37,144 nt of DNA from Octopus bimaculoides (GCF_001194135.2 NC_068981.1:175229290-175266433), one strand, 5' to 3'; counted from the stretch's first letter, positions 1 to 11,560 are shown. Notes: generated by a model not told the origin, from the sequence alone. Program-made: numbers and translations.

Positions 1-39
1 CAGCAAAGATAGCATTTCATATTTACACTTACGTGTACA

Positions 40-94
40 CTCGCTTATATACACGCACACAAGCACACACACGCTACACACACAAACATACACA

Positions 95-136
<42 letters not shown>

Positions 137-252
137 AACGCACGCATGCACACATTGCACGAACGCACACATGCACACATGCACGCACGCACGCACGCAT
201 GCACACATGCACGCACGCATGCACACATGCACGCACGCACGCACGCATGCAA
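40..252. repeat. Compound (CA)n/(GCAC)n microsatellite
   Basis: Direct reading; explains the CV-repeat ORFs at 45-313. Confidence 0.95.
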
Positions 253-1249
253 ACAGTCTCATATATCTATCAGGACGTAATAATTTATAAGTATTTCTTA
301 TGGGCGAAGGCAAAGTGTTCTATGCATATACTAAAATATGATATTTAATTATACCGTAAATTTAGTGATCATACATTGTAACTTGCAGTTTACGAAACAA
401 AATAACGTAAATAAAAACATGATAATCATTAGAATAAAGTTTTAAAAATCCACCTGAACGTAAATGTCTGTTGCATTATTTGTAACGTCTTTTTTATGGC
501 TGTGAATGAGCTTCCGGTTTTGCTTCATGTGATTACATAGGCATTACTAGTGGTTGTTAGGGGATCAGTAATTTCTCTTGGGTTGGTTGAAAATATGCGG
601 CTGTCTTAGATGGGGGTTGGTGTTGGGGTAAAAAATATGCTACGGTTAAGCGGACGAAAGCGTATGTGTGAATAAATTTAATGAACTCAACTCGTGGGAG
701 TGTAAATGAGCATATTGTTGTATGATATAATTAAGTTGACAGAGCTTGACGCTATAAATGACAGAGGCTGTAGAGGTAAGCAATGATTCATAAAGTGTTT
801 AAAACCTAGGAAGGAAATGGAGTGTATTAATGCTTCTGGGATATAGTTAAATATGAATTTGTTCAATTAAGCGGTGGTATATTCCTCAGCCTTTCACCAA
901 AATCAGCGAATTTTATTTTTCCTTCTGAAACCCTCTTCTCATTAGTTTCATAGAATTCTCAAAATATTTAACAACATAGATGGCATTGCTATAGATATCG
1001 TTAAACTTGATAATAACTTCTTCGACGTGCATTCTGTTCTTCGACATAACTATGATGTCGTTTACTATGCATAGATATGTAAACTTCGTGGTTTGTGCAT
1101 TCTAGATACATTCAAAATGAAATTCATCACTATGAAAATTGCTTTTTTTTTATATATATTTATAGCCGACTAATCGAAGCAGCGAATAAATAGATGAAGG
1201 TGTAAACACCAATGATTTGGGGCCAATATCTGTCTCCGCAAACATAGAT

Positions 1250-1578
1250 GTGAAAGCGCATGGCTTAGCGGTTAGGGTATTCGGCTCCCGATCGTAACCT
1301 CGTGAGTTCGATTTCTGGCAGCGTGTTGTTTCCTCGAACAAGATACATTATTTCACGTTGTTTCAGTTCACTCAGCTGGAAAAAATGAGTAGTACTTGTA
1401 CTTCAAGGGGCCAACCTTTTCACATTCCGTGTCACGCTGAATCTCCCTGAGAACTACGTCAAAGGTACGCATGTCTGTGGAATACTCAGTCACTTGCACA
1501 TTAATTTCACGAGCAGGCTGTTCCGTTGATTGGATCAACTGGAACCCTTGTCGCAGTAACCAACGGCATGCCAGTGCC
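1250..1578 (+). mobile_element. tRNA-derived SINE, group A (full length)
   Basis: A-box TGGCTTAGCGG (1261-1271) and B-box-like GAGTTCGA (~1304-1311), then a central CAGTTCACTCAGCTGG..AAATGAGTA block. Aligns over ~320 bp with 11611-11932 and 35138-35460. Confidence 0.9.
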
Positions 1579-1700
1579 AGAGGACGTTCATTTCTTAACT
1601 ATTACCTGCGTCTTAACCATAGGCAAATACAAAATGTTTGCCGTAGTAAGCATAATGAAAACTTGCATACTTTCTTAGTTCTCAAAACCTGATTAATAAT

Positions 1701-1912
1701 CCTTTCTACTATAGACACAAGGCCTGAAGTTTGGTGGAGACGAATAATCGACTACATCAACTCCAGTACGCAACTGATACTTAATTTAACGACCCCGAAA
1801 AGATGAAAGGCAAAGTCCACCCCGGCGGAATTTCAACTCAGAACGTAGCAACTGGTGAAATATCGCTAAGCATTTCGTCCAGCGTGCTAACGACTCTGTC
1901 AGGTCATCGCCT
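1701..1912 (-). mobile_element. tRNA-derived SINE, group B, with 17-bp target-site duplication
   Basis: The reverse complement matches 16616-16806 and 18019-18250 (GAGTT(G/C)AAATTCCGCC, CCTTTCATC..TTCGGGGTCG..AAAT.AAGTA.CAG). Flanked by AAAACCTGATTAATAAT at 1684-1700 and 1914-1930. Confidence 0.9.
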
Positions 1913-2370
1913 AAAAACCTGATTAATAATACCAATAAAAGAATGTCCTAAACTGTTATTCAATAAAAATAAAGCCTTGATAACGCTAATGCTTCCATCT
2001 ACAGCGATAATACACTAGAAGCTTACACATTTCAAAATTAGGATCAATTTATATACCAAATAGGAAAAGATACTCTGTAATTTTATGTGGTTCCCACAAA
2101 CTTCTCCTTCAAGGTTAAATAGAATATAACCAAACACTCTCTATCCTTAACGAATAAGCATTTCTCTGTTGAACCTCGATAAGGATAATTATTCAGTTGA
2201 ATTAAACTAAAACTGAGATGCAACCATCGACCTAGAAATATGAAAACATGAAAACTATAAAAATAAGCAAAATAACAAATTGATTCCTCATCAGTCAATC
2301 AAGCAACGCTGAAGAGTTTATATATGAGCAGAATTCACCACTATTAAACTCAACTAAATCTAAGCACGGA

Positions 2371-2697
2371 GTGGAAACACTGTGTAGGTATGATGGAAAG
2401 GTAATTCAAAGAAAGATAATCAACTGTATTTCTTTCACAAAACGGGGAAAGAGGGATGTAACCAAACTATACAATTATGACGTTACTTTCAATGAAGGTA
2501 TTATTCCATTTGCCATAAAGCGGAAGATACTTGAATTATCTAAACTACGCGCAAATTGTACAAAAGTCTGCTGGTTATGTATAGAAGAAAAATGTATCTT
2601 CAGATTTCAACATCTAAATGTGGACTATCTAAATTTCAAATCAAATATCTTAATCCAGTTTCGTCACCTCAAGAAATATTTTCTGAAGAACCTATGA
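2371..2697 (+). pseudogene. C-terminal GIY-YIG endonuclease fragment of a Penelope-like element (second subtype)
   Basis: The ORF reads NCISF..TKLYNY..AIKRKILE..CWLCIEEK..LNFKS..FRHLKKYFL. This matches the PLE C-terminal pattern NHxxSF..TxLSxY..IKWxIL..CxLCxxEK..LNxRxE..CRHxxKF as recalled from the family. No RT is adjacent. Confidence 0.7.
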
Positions 2698-2708
2698 CGA
2701 CAAGAATA

Positions 2709-2913
2709 TCTTTTACTTGTTTCAGTCATGAATTTTTAGTCGAATGAATCGACCCAAGTACTTAATGTTTTTGTTAAGCCTGGTAGTTAGTCTATCGGTC
2801 TTTTTACAGGGACATAAACACACCAACACCGGTTTTCAAGCATTGGTTGGGGACAAACACGGGCACAAAGACACAAACACACACACACGTGTGTGTGTGT
2901 GTGTGTGTGTGTT

Positions 2914-2957
<44 letters not shown>

Positions 2958-3100
2958 TACGACGAGCTTCTTCAAGTTTTCACCTACCAGATCCACCCAC
3001 AAGGCTTTCATCAGCCCGAAGCTATAGTAAAATACACTTGCCCAAGGTGCCACACTGAACCCGGAACCATGTCGTTAGGAGGCAAGCTTCTTACTACTGC
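2709..3100 (-). mobile_element. tRNA-derived SINE, group C, with internal microsatellite
   Basis: The head on the minus strand near 3040-3100 has a B-box-like GGTTCAGT. An internal (CA)n/(GT)n tract lies at ~2870-2955. The head matches 12331-12473 and 25756-25857; the tail matches 36958-37144. Confidence 0.88.
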
Positions 3101-3264
3101 GTCTGTATATATACATACACATATGGTTATATATACGCGAACGTGAGTATTGATAGCGAGGTAGAAAAAGGGAGTGAGGGATATTAATATGTATATATAT
3201 ATCTCACTCAATTGCGGGTGTGTATATACATATGTGGGTATATGTATGTATATGTATATATATG

Positions 3265-3516
3265 NNNNNNNNNNNNNNNNNNNNNNNNNNNNNNNNNNNN
3301 NNNNNNNNNNNNNNNNNNNNNNNNNNNNNNNNNNNNNNNNNNNNNNNNNNNNNNNNNNNNNNNNNNNNNNNNNNNNNNNNNNNNNNNNNNNNNNNNNNNN
3401 NNNNNNNNNNNNNNNNNNNNNNNNNNNNNNNNNNNNNNNNNNNNNNNNNNNNNNNNNNNNNNNNNNNNNNNNNNNNNNNNNNNNNNNNNNNNNNNNNNNN
3501 NNNNNNNNNNNNNNNN
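3265..3516. other. Assembly gap
   Basis: Run of N between (TATG)/(TA) and (GA)/(TACA) microsatellites. Confidence 1.
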
Positions 3517-4873
3517 GAGAGAGAGGTACATACATGCATACATACATATATACATAACCACACATTTACACACACCTTCATATATAAATAAAACAGAAAA
3601 CGCTTTAATTTTTTTTCTGCATTCACGTGTTTCTTTCTTATCATTTTACTCTTTAAAGTAATGTTTATGTTTTACTTATCGCTTTATTGCATCAGAAAAT
3701 TTTTTTATATATTATATTAGTTCGTTTTATTTTCCATTTTGTCCTCAACTACTAAAATCTTTGGCTATTTTCTGTTAACATTTGACTTTAATGTACGTTG
3801 GCAACTGTGAAGTGCCAACATTTCTTACAAGTTTTTCTTTCTTGCGATTTTGTTTATGAAATCACATCCGACTGTTATAAAGTGCTCCCTCTAGAATGTT
3901 GACTGCTTCATTTCCGGTGTACATCGCATCCCTGTGTTATTTTCATTCAAGCTGTAATTTCAGACAACTGCGATTTCTTACGACTTCCTACTTTTTCTTT
4001 CCTCCTATCATATATTTTAACATATTTTTTTCTTTCTCAAAACAAATCTGTTTAGTGTCAACCACGGAATTTTTTTCTTTTACTTATAGTTTGTGTATTT
4101 CCAGTAGATCGGCGATTACATCTTGTATAATATCACCACGCGTTTCTTTTCGTGTCTACCAGGATGTTGGAAAGAGATATAGCTCCAAGTCATGTATGAT
4201 TAAAGAAAACTATATTTAAAGTTAGCTTAGCCGTGACCATCCCGTCTTTTATATTCAGGTACATCAAGCCTACAACTACATAATTCAATGTACACTTCCC
4301 TTCTTAAAATTCTTGGGTTTTATTCATGAGAAATTCGGGTACTACTTGTCGGGTGGTAACGTGTAGGATATCTCTTTAGTTGCTATTTCTAGAAAGCCAA
4401 ATCATCGTATAGGTGTTACTTCTCGTATGATATGGATGTTCTTTAAGGTATTATGAATTATCTTTTTCCATTTTTTGTTGTTTACCCCTTTCTTAATTTT
4501 CAACAAACAGATTTATGATAAAATGTACTGCAGTTTTAACCACCTCATCTTTTAGGCATTCAGTATTTAATACTATATTTTCCAATGTGACTTTCCTCTT
4601 TAAGAGTGTATGATTTGGTTTACATTTCTTTCAGGTCCACTACCAAGAGGTTCTCGCACTAGCTCTTATTTCATGTTTGCGTGGTGTGAAGTTTTACAGA
4701 AAATACAGCACAGGACACCATTCCTGATATTGCGTTCAGTACGTTTTGATTCTGTGATCAAAGTGGTCTGTGGACGGACTGTGACTACTTCTCAACTGTC
4801 TGTAGTCAATAGAATAAGTTATATAAAGAGCATATTGGCTGTTAAGTCAGCTGATTGTACTTGATCTCTCTAA

Positions 4874-4955
4874 CAAAAATTTTACACACAAAATTTTACA
4901 AAAAATTTTACAAAAATTATATACACAAAATTTAACAAACATTTTACGCACAAAT
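4874..4955. repeat. Degenerate minisatellite, ~12-14-bp unit (AAAATTTTACAC-like)
   Basis: About six variant copies read directly. Confidence 0.75.
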
Positions 4956-5613
4956 TGTTTTTGAATTATTCTGAGTATGTTTGGACCATGGAATTCTCAG
5001 ATTTTTGGAGACAGCTGAGATCGAAAGTGTTACCTTTCTACTTGTAAAGTTTTACTCGATGTCTTCAAGAAAATGTGTAAATAAATATGCGAGCCAACAT
5101 TCTGTGGATGAGAGACTGCGAGTAGTGGTTTGAGCAGAGTCTAAATTGTTGAATAGATGATTATGAGTGATGACAGAAAAAATGGGGAGTGAAATGAGAG
5201 TGCCTGAGTGGTTGTAGCACGTAGCCAGCTAGCTCTGATAAATAGAGGTCATTTTAGTTGAAACATCTGAGAGAAAGACAGAGCAAAGATTACATCTGCA
5301 GGCCAGCTTGGAATATGAGAGATTAAGAAAAAAACCCTAATATTCAGTCATTTAAGAAGTTATTGTTTATATAATATGTATTATAGATTTTGAAAATGGC
5401 CGCCTATATGTTATGAGATCGAAAAGATTGAGAGTTACTGCTGATTATCAGATTCTGGTTATCATATTCTAAAGCCAGAAACTGTTGACATACTTATTAA
5501 AGCCAAGTAATACAACGTGGCTTTCACTGATGTTCTCAATGTTGGATAATCATTCGTGAATGGTGTATGAAAATAAATCTCTGGTAGATCTACCTCTATG
5601 TATTGGTGAAAAA

Positions 5614-6314
5614 ATAGGCGGGAAAATTATTCAACGTTGCGAAGTTTTAGGATGTTTTAGCAGTTTGTTGGTTCATGTAAGGATAGTGTTGTATCATGAG
5701 TTTGTTACTTCGACATATCTAATATTCTTGCTTTGGTGTTGTGGAGAAAAAAATTATATCTTCATTAAAGAATGTGTTTTTTTCTCGTTGCTTAACTACA
5801 CGAACGTATTCATCACGCAGAGTAACTCTTGTTAATCAAAACTGTTTCAGGAATAGTTGTTCCATATCTATTTCAGACATAGTGTATATAAGTCTACATT
5901 ATGTAAGGTATTTTCATTCTATTTAATGCATTTGCGTGTATATATGACTGTGTATAATAGGCGGGAAAATTTTTCAACGTTGCGAAGTTTTAGGATGTTT
6001 TACCAGTTTGTTGATTCATGTAAGGACAGTGTTGTATCATGAGTTTGTTACTTCGACATATCTAATATTCTTGCTTTGGTGTTGTGGAGAAAAAAATTAT
6101 ATCTTCATTAAAGAATGTGTTTTTTTCTCGTTGCTTAACTACACGAATGTATTCATCACGCAGAGTATTTCTTGTTAATCAAAACTGTTTCAGGAATAGT
6201 TGTTCCATATCTATTTCAGACATAGTGTATATAAGTCTACATTATGTAAGGTATTTTCATTCTATTTAATGCATTTGCGTGTATATATGACTGTGTATAA
6301 TAGGCGGGAAAATT
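5614..6314. repeat. 343-bp tandem repeat: two full units plus the start of a third, entering a gap
   Basis: ATAGGCGGGAAAATT starts at 5614, 5957 and 6300. The duplicated ORFs are offset by exactly 343 (5741/6084, 5857/6200). About 7 substitutions between the units. Confidence 0.95.
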
Positions 6315-6620
6315 NNNNNNNNNNNNNNNNNNNNNNNNNNNNNNNNNNNNNNNNNNNNNNNNNNNNNNNNNNNNNNNNNNNNNNNNNNNNNNNNNNNNNN
6401 NNNNNNNNNNNNNNNNNNNNNNNNNNNNNNNNNNNNNNNNNNNNNNNNNNNNNNNNNNNNNNNNNNNNNNNNNNNNNNNNNNNNNNNNNNNNNNNNNNNN
6501 NNNNNNNNNNNNNNNNNNNNNNNNNNNNNNNNNNNNNNNNNNNNNNNNNNNNNNNNNNNNNNNNNNNNNNNNNNNNNNNNNNNNNNNNNNNNNNNNNNNN
6601 NNNNNNNNNNNNNNNNNNNN
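6315..6620. other. Assembly gap
   Basis: Run of N. Confidence 1.
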
Positions 6621-6663
<43 letters not shown>

Positions 6664-6927
6664 ATATATATGACGCCTGTGTGCAGACGCTTAATTTCTT
6701 CCTTTGTCTCTGAGATTCATCTCCTATATTTCGTTCTCGGTATTCCCCTTTTTTGTGCTATTCGTCTCCTATTTACATTCTTCTTTCATCTAATACCTTT
6801 ATTTTTTTTTAAATACTTTTTATTTCCGTGCTCAACCTTATTTTAATTCTATCTTCCATATCTCTGTTATTCCTTTTTGTCCTTTCTTCTCTACTCAGTC
6901 TCCTCTCTTCCGTTCTCAATATCCTCG

Positions 6928-6966
<39 letters not shown>

Positions 6967-8057
6967 GTTTTTCTACCTCTCTCTCAAAATTATCACTTTC
7001 GATGTGTTAACCATTAAGAGCTATTATCTCAGAAGCTTCTAATATTTTCTCCACTGCACACTCATTACACCAGTAAACGTAGAATGAAAAATAGAAGAAA
7101 AAGAAATAAAAGGAACACAACACAAAAACCATCTATAATGCCAGCAGCATAAAGTAAACTAGTCAAAAAAGAAGTTTTACTGAAAACACGAGATGTGTAT
7201 AGAACTAATTAAATAGAGGGAAAATATGTAAGAAAGTGTAAATATGCGACTGAGAACGGTATGAATAACAAGTATCAATTAAAGGGCAAAATCAGAAAGA
7301 GTAGTTGATTTGTAGCAAAGAGAGAGAGTAAGAGAGAGAGAGAGGGGGTAGTGGTATTATATTTAAGAAAGTAATATTAGGGTGTTTAAAAAAGAAAGCA
7401 AGGTGAAGTTAGGTAGTTTGTAGGAGAATGGAAAGAATATATTTTAAAGAACGAGAATAAGAGAATTAGAGGAAGAGAGCGAATGCAGACGATGTTGAAA
7501 CGTGTACAGAACAAGAAATTAATATCATAGATTAGGAGTTGGTGTTGAGTAACTGAGAAATACATTTTAGTTGCTACAGAGAAATATAAAAAGTAAGACA
7601 TGAATGAGTGAGAGAGAGAGAGAACAAGGGAGGTAAAGGAGAAAGAGTGAGAAAAGAGAAAAACGCTGAAGAATGTGTTACAGAAAGTTAGAGAAGAGAG
7701 AGTGAGTATATAACCGACAATGAGGGAGAGAGAAAGAGAGAGCGGGAAGTAATATATGAAAAAAGAAATAATGAGCGTCAAAAAAAAAAGAGAGAAAGAA
7801 AAACAATATGTGTCAGAAAGAAGGAGAAAGAAAGATTAGAGAATGGTAATTATTTGAATTGTTTCTTAGTTTCTTAAGGAAACTAAAAAATTTTGACGTA
7901 TAAAAGAAGCACAGAGGAGGTAAAGAAATTAACAATATTTAAGCATAAGCGTATCCGGATGGTAAAGATGTTCGCTTCATAAGCAGCTAGCTTGGGAGTC
8001 GATCTTGGAATAACCAATTCTTTGTATACTATGATTATGTATATATATATATATATA

Positions 8058-8617
8058 ATTCAAATTTATAGAAAACAACAGACGAAGACAGGTGTAGGAA
8101 CTACAAGCAGGTGTATTAGTTTAAAGCTCGGGAAGAACGGCAAAGTCTTTTACATTTCGAGCCTACGGACCTCAACGCAAGTAAGACTGGATAAAGAAGC
8201 CCCATTTATTCAAAGATATAAACCAGAATTAAATATGAAACCATATTAAAAATAAAGGGCTTACTCCATCTAATAGATGTAAACCAGAATAAAGCAGAGA
8301 ACATAAAAAAATAATAAAAAGTACAGATTTACTTCCCCTTTACTGCAAAATAAATGAGTGAACAATTATCTCCCCTAGCAATATTTTCCCTCCCAGGCAA
8401 TTTATCTTTTTCAACTCTCAATTTGATGACCATGTGAAACCGGCCCTTACTTCAATTATGTTGAAAGAACAAAACCTTATTTTGTACAAAATTGTATATC
8501 TTTATCATGACTCCAATTAACTCTTAAATCCTGTAAAACAAATCTGTGTTTTTTTCATCTTATCTCTTTCTCTGTTTATATCCGCCACGTTTTTCCCCAC
8601 TAAAATATTTTCTACCT
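8058..8617 (+). mobile_element. Solo pseudo-LTR-like fragment of the Neptune-like PLE (endonuclease C-terminus, 3' UTR, decayed hammerhead)
   Basis: RTSTQVRLDKEAPFIQRYKPELN (ORF 7992-8249) matches ERTST*QRLNKEVTLFEKPELN at ~30589-30655 (-). Both share AATTATCTCCCC(A)TAGC (8364-8379 vs 30516-30532) and GAAACCGG(T/C)C (8436-8445 vs 30339-30348). (TA)n lies on both sides. Confidence 0.7.
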
Positions 8618-8632
8618 TATATATATATATAT

Positions 8633-8765
8633 NNNNNNNNNNNNNNNNNNNNNNNNNNNNNNNNNNNNNNNNNNNNNNNNNNNNNNNNNNNNNNNNNNNN
8701 NNNNNNNNNNNNNNNNNNNNNNNNNNNNNNNNNNNNNNNNNNNNNNNNNNNNNNNNNNNNNNNNN
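8633..8765. other. Assembly gap
   Basis: Run of N between (TA)n and (CA)n. Confidence 1.
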
Positions 8766-9519
8766 ACACACACACACACACACACACACACTCAAACACA
8801 TACATATCCAAAAATACATGTATGGAAAATGCAAACATGCATTTCTCAGGGTGTCTTGTAGTTCATCTAAACGAGATATTATTCATTAAGAGTGAAATAA
8901 ATTACTTAAAAGAAAGCAAGAATCCTGAAAACTCCAAAGGCCAAAACATATGTACATATTTTGTCATAGACATTACTGCGTCGTTTCAGTACGCTGATGA
9001 TGTCTCGTCTGCTGGAAAATCATTTGGTTCTGTTGTATATATGTTAAATGTTGAATAGACCGTGGTGTGTAACGGAACGAATGTTTTGTATATGTTGACA
9101 AAATTTTATTATACACATAAGTACAGAAGCATAGACTCTCATTCACCATATAAGCGCATGCTCACACAAACTTTCATTCACACATACATATTTATACGGA
9201 CTCACACACGAAGCCAAATAATTGTGTCACTTATCTTAATGATGAGATTGCTGATGAATCGATGATTAACTGTTAGCTATATCGTTTCATTCAATCACTT
9301 ACGACCGAAATTGTATTTGAATAGCAAGAGGTTTTATTTTTATTTTTAATGATATAAAATTAAACACGTAAATTTTAAATTAACTTGAAGCAATTATTGA
9401 CAATATCAAATTATAGAGAAAAATAGCTATCAATTTGACAACTCATTTAGAATTTTTCTCTTTTAACTAGGAAAATGGAATATGAATATTAAAGATCAAG
9501 AAGAAAAAAAGCATAAACC

Positions 9520-10095
9520 ATATGGCACAAAAACTTGACCAGTTATTTGAAAGTACTCAAAACAGGATCGCATTTTGAGGTGTTTACTATATAAATTTGA
9601 TTATCGTATTATCTTAAATTTCTACCCATTCTTTGTTATGTAATCTTACATCTCCCTCATATTACTAGATTCCCTTTGTTGAATACTTATGTACAAACGT
9701 TTCGTTCATTATTCTATCAGATTTAAATCTGGAAATTGTACTGGTTATTGAAATACTAAAATTCTCTTGCTTTTTTTTATTGATGATAAGATTCGGTTTG
9801 TTGTCATGAGGAAAATCTACGACCAGCCTTTATAACTCCTGACACATCGAAACATAATCTCTTCTATTATATCCAAATGGGCTCAACTGTGAAATGATAC
9901 ACGATACCAAACCCATTTCCATATATGCAGGCTTAATTCATAAATTCTTACTATTATACTTAGCCGTTCGTTTCATGCTATCTAGGCGAAATTTTTTCTC
10001 GTGTATGACATCAAGCATATGTTTCGCCTTCAAGAATTAAATTTCCACTAATAGGTATAAAAGTTTTACTAGTCTACTACCATCCATTTCCTACT
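9520..10095 (-). pseudogene. Highly decayed Tc1-like transposase
   Basis: Minus-strand translation gives, in the expected order, SLHIW (cf. SVMxWG), HDNKP (cf. QDNDPKH, ~9795-9808), PVQFPDLNLIE (cf. PAQSPDLNPIE, 9712-9744) and KEWVEI..IIKFI (cf. EEWxKI..IxKLI). Many stops and frameshifts. Confidence 0.65.
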
Positions 10096-10174
10096 CTTTA
10101 GATCGAACAGCTTACGTGCGATCTTCATATTTTTAATTCATCTTTAATTATAATTATAAAATGCGGCTATCTGA

Positions 10175-10272
10175 GAGAAGCGCCAGGACGTCGGACGAAA
10201 TGCCTGCCGGAATTTCTTCCGGCTCTTTGTGCTCTAAGTTCAAGTGCTGCCGAAATCTACATTACCTTTCAG
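10175..10272 (+). mobile_element. Degenerate group B SINE head fragment followed by poly(A)
   Basis: GTCGGACGAAATGC..GGAATTTCTTCCGGCTCTTT..TCTAAGTTCAA resembles the heads at 16616 and 18019. Confidence 0.55.
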
Positions 10273-10439
10273 CAAAAAAAAAAAAAAAAAATTACTAAAC
10301 GTAAAGGTACTAGGATCGATAGTATCTTCTAATCCTAAAATTGCTCGCTTTGCGCCAATATTTAAATCTACTCATATTTTGTTATTTAGAAAAATGTACG
10401 TCTTTTTGACGCACAACACGTCCCGCAAGACTAAAAGCA

Positions 10440-10518
10440 AAAGCATTAAATACTGTGGTCGCTTCATTCGAGGAATTGGCCGCAGTCTAATGACTGAAAC
10501 AAGTTAAAGATAAGAGAT
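10440..10518 (+). mobile_element. Group C SINE 3' tail fragment
   Basis: TGGCCGCAGTCTAATGACTGAAACAAGTTAAAGA matches the reverse complement of 36958-37005 and 2709-2730. Confidence 0.7.
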
Positions 10519-10845
10519 ACTTAAATAAGTATCGAGGTTGATTTAGTGAACACTTTGAGACAGTGTCCCAATAAGTCTGCCGTCTAGTAACTGAAAAGTA
10601 AGAGAATAAAAAATAAAAATTCTTTTTCCTATATCTTAACATGCAGGTATGCATCAGTTTTTGTTTTATGTAACAGAATATAGTAAAAACAATTGTATGT
10701 TACATGTATCACAAAATGCATATTACGAGAATCTTTAAAATTTAATCTTGATTTCATTCAGTATGTCAATATTCCCTCATATTAAGTAAAGTTTGCACAT
10801 TTACACAAACTTAAACATACACACGGATAGACAAAGAGAGCTACA

Positions 10846-10879
10846 GTGTGTGTGTGTGTGTGCGTGTGAGAGAAAGAGA

Positions 10880-10952
<73 letters not shown>
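10846..10952. repeat. (GT)n-(GA)n microsatellite
   Basis: Direct reading. Confidence 0.95.
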
Positions 10953-10953
<1 letters not shown>

Positions 10954-10989
10954 ATGAATAGAGAGAGAAAAAAGAAGAAATGAGAAACT

Positions 10990-11560
10990 TATGTGCCTTA
11001 AAATCCTTCACTGTTTACATAACTCCAAAAAATCAATAAAAATCCATCGTTTGCCTCTCAGCACCCTTACTTCCCAGCTCCAACTTTCAAAATTTCTTCA
11101 GAATTCCTAATTTTAGCACTTCCATCAAACTATGCTTACCAAACTGAATTATCTAGTAGAGATTATATTTTATATTTAAGAAACGCCAAGTTAAACTTTT
11201 GTTTAAAGTATTATATTTTAATATTCCTTTATAATTTTAATATATCTTAATACAATATAAAAATCCAAATAAGTGAATAAAAAAAAAAACATGCACGGAA
11301 TTGTACCTCAAAATTCTTCACTATCTACACATTACTTCAAAAATTAAATAGAAATACTTCTTTTCTATCACCTCCCCCACTTACCTACTCAGCACAAGCC
11401 TTCAATCAGACATTTTTGAATTTCTAATTTTACCATTTACATCAAACTGTTATGTACCAAACTGAATTATGCATTACAGATCATATATTTCCTATTGCAA
11501 GAAACTTTATTTTAAAATTTTATTTAAATCCCTCTTTTAATATTTCCTTATAATTTCTGA
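10990..11560. repeat. Old diverged tandem duplication, ~318-bp period
   Basis: TACCAAACTGAATTAT at 11137 and 11455. CATCAAACT, CTAATTTTA and AAAAT(C/T)CTTCACT recur at similar offsets. Confidence 0.8.

Noticed and set aside
1250-1320. tRNA gene (A and B boxes), also at 11860-11932, 18441-18510 and 35138-35210
   Set aside because: No complete cloverleaf, and each continues into a shared repeat body; these are SINE heads.
5614-6314. CRISPR-like array
   Set aside because: The whole 343-bp unit repeats with no unique spacers, the context is eukaryotic, and there are no cas genes.
7955-8010. Degenerate tRNA-like/SINE head
   Set aside because: Only loose A/B-box resemblance and no matching body elsewhere in the window.
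8994-9020. CTGATGA..GAAA hammerhead core; similar spacing at ~34963
   Set aside because: No stem II, stem I or stem III pairing. The 34963 case is the antisense of the mariner HQD codons.
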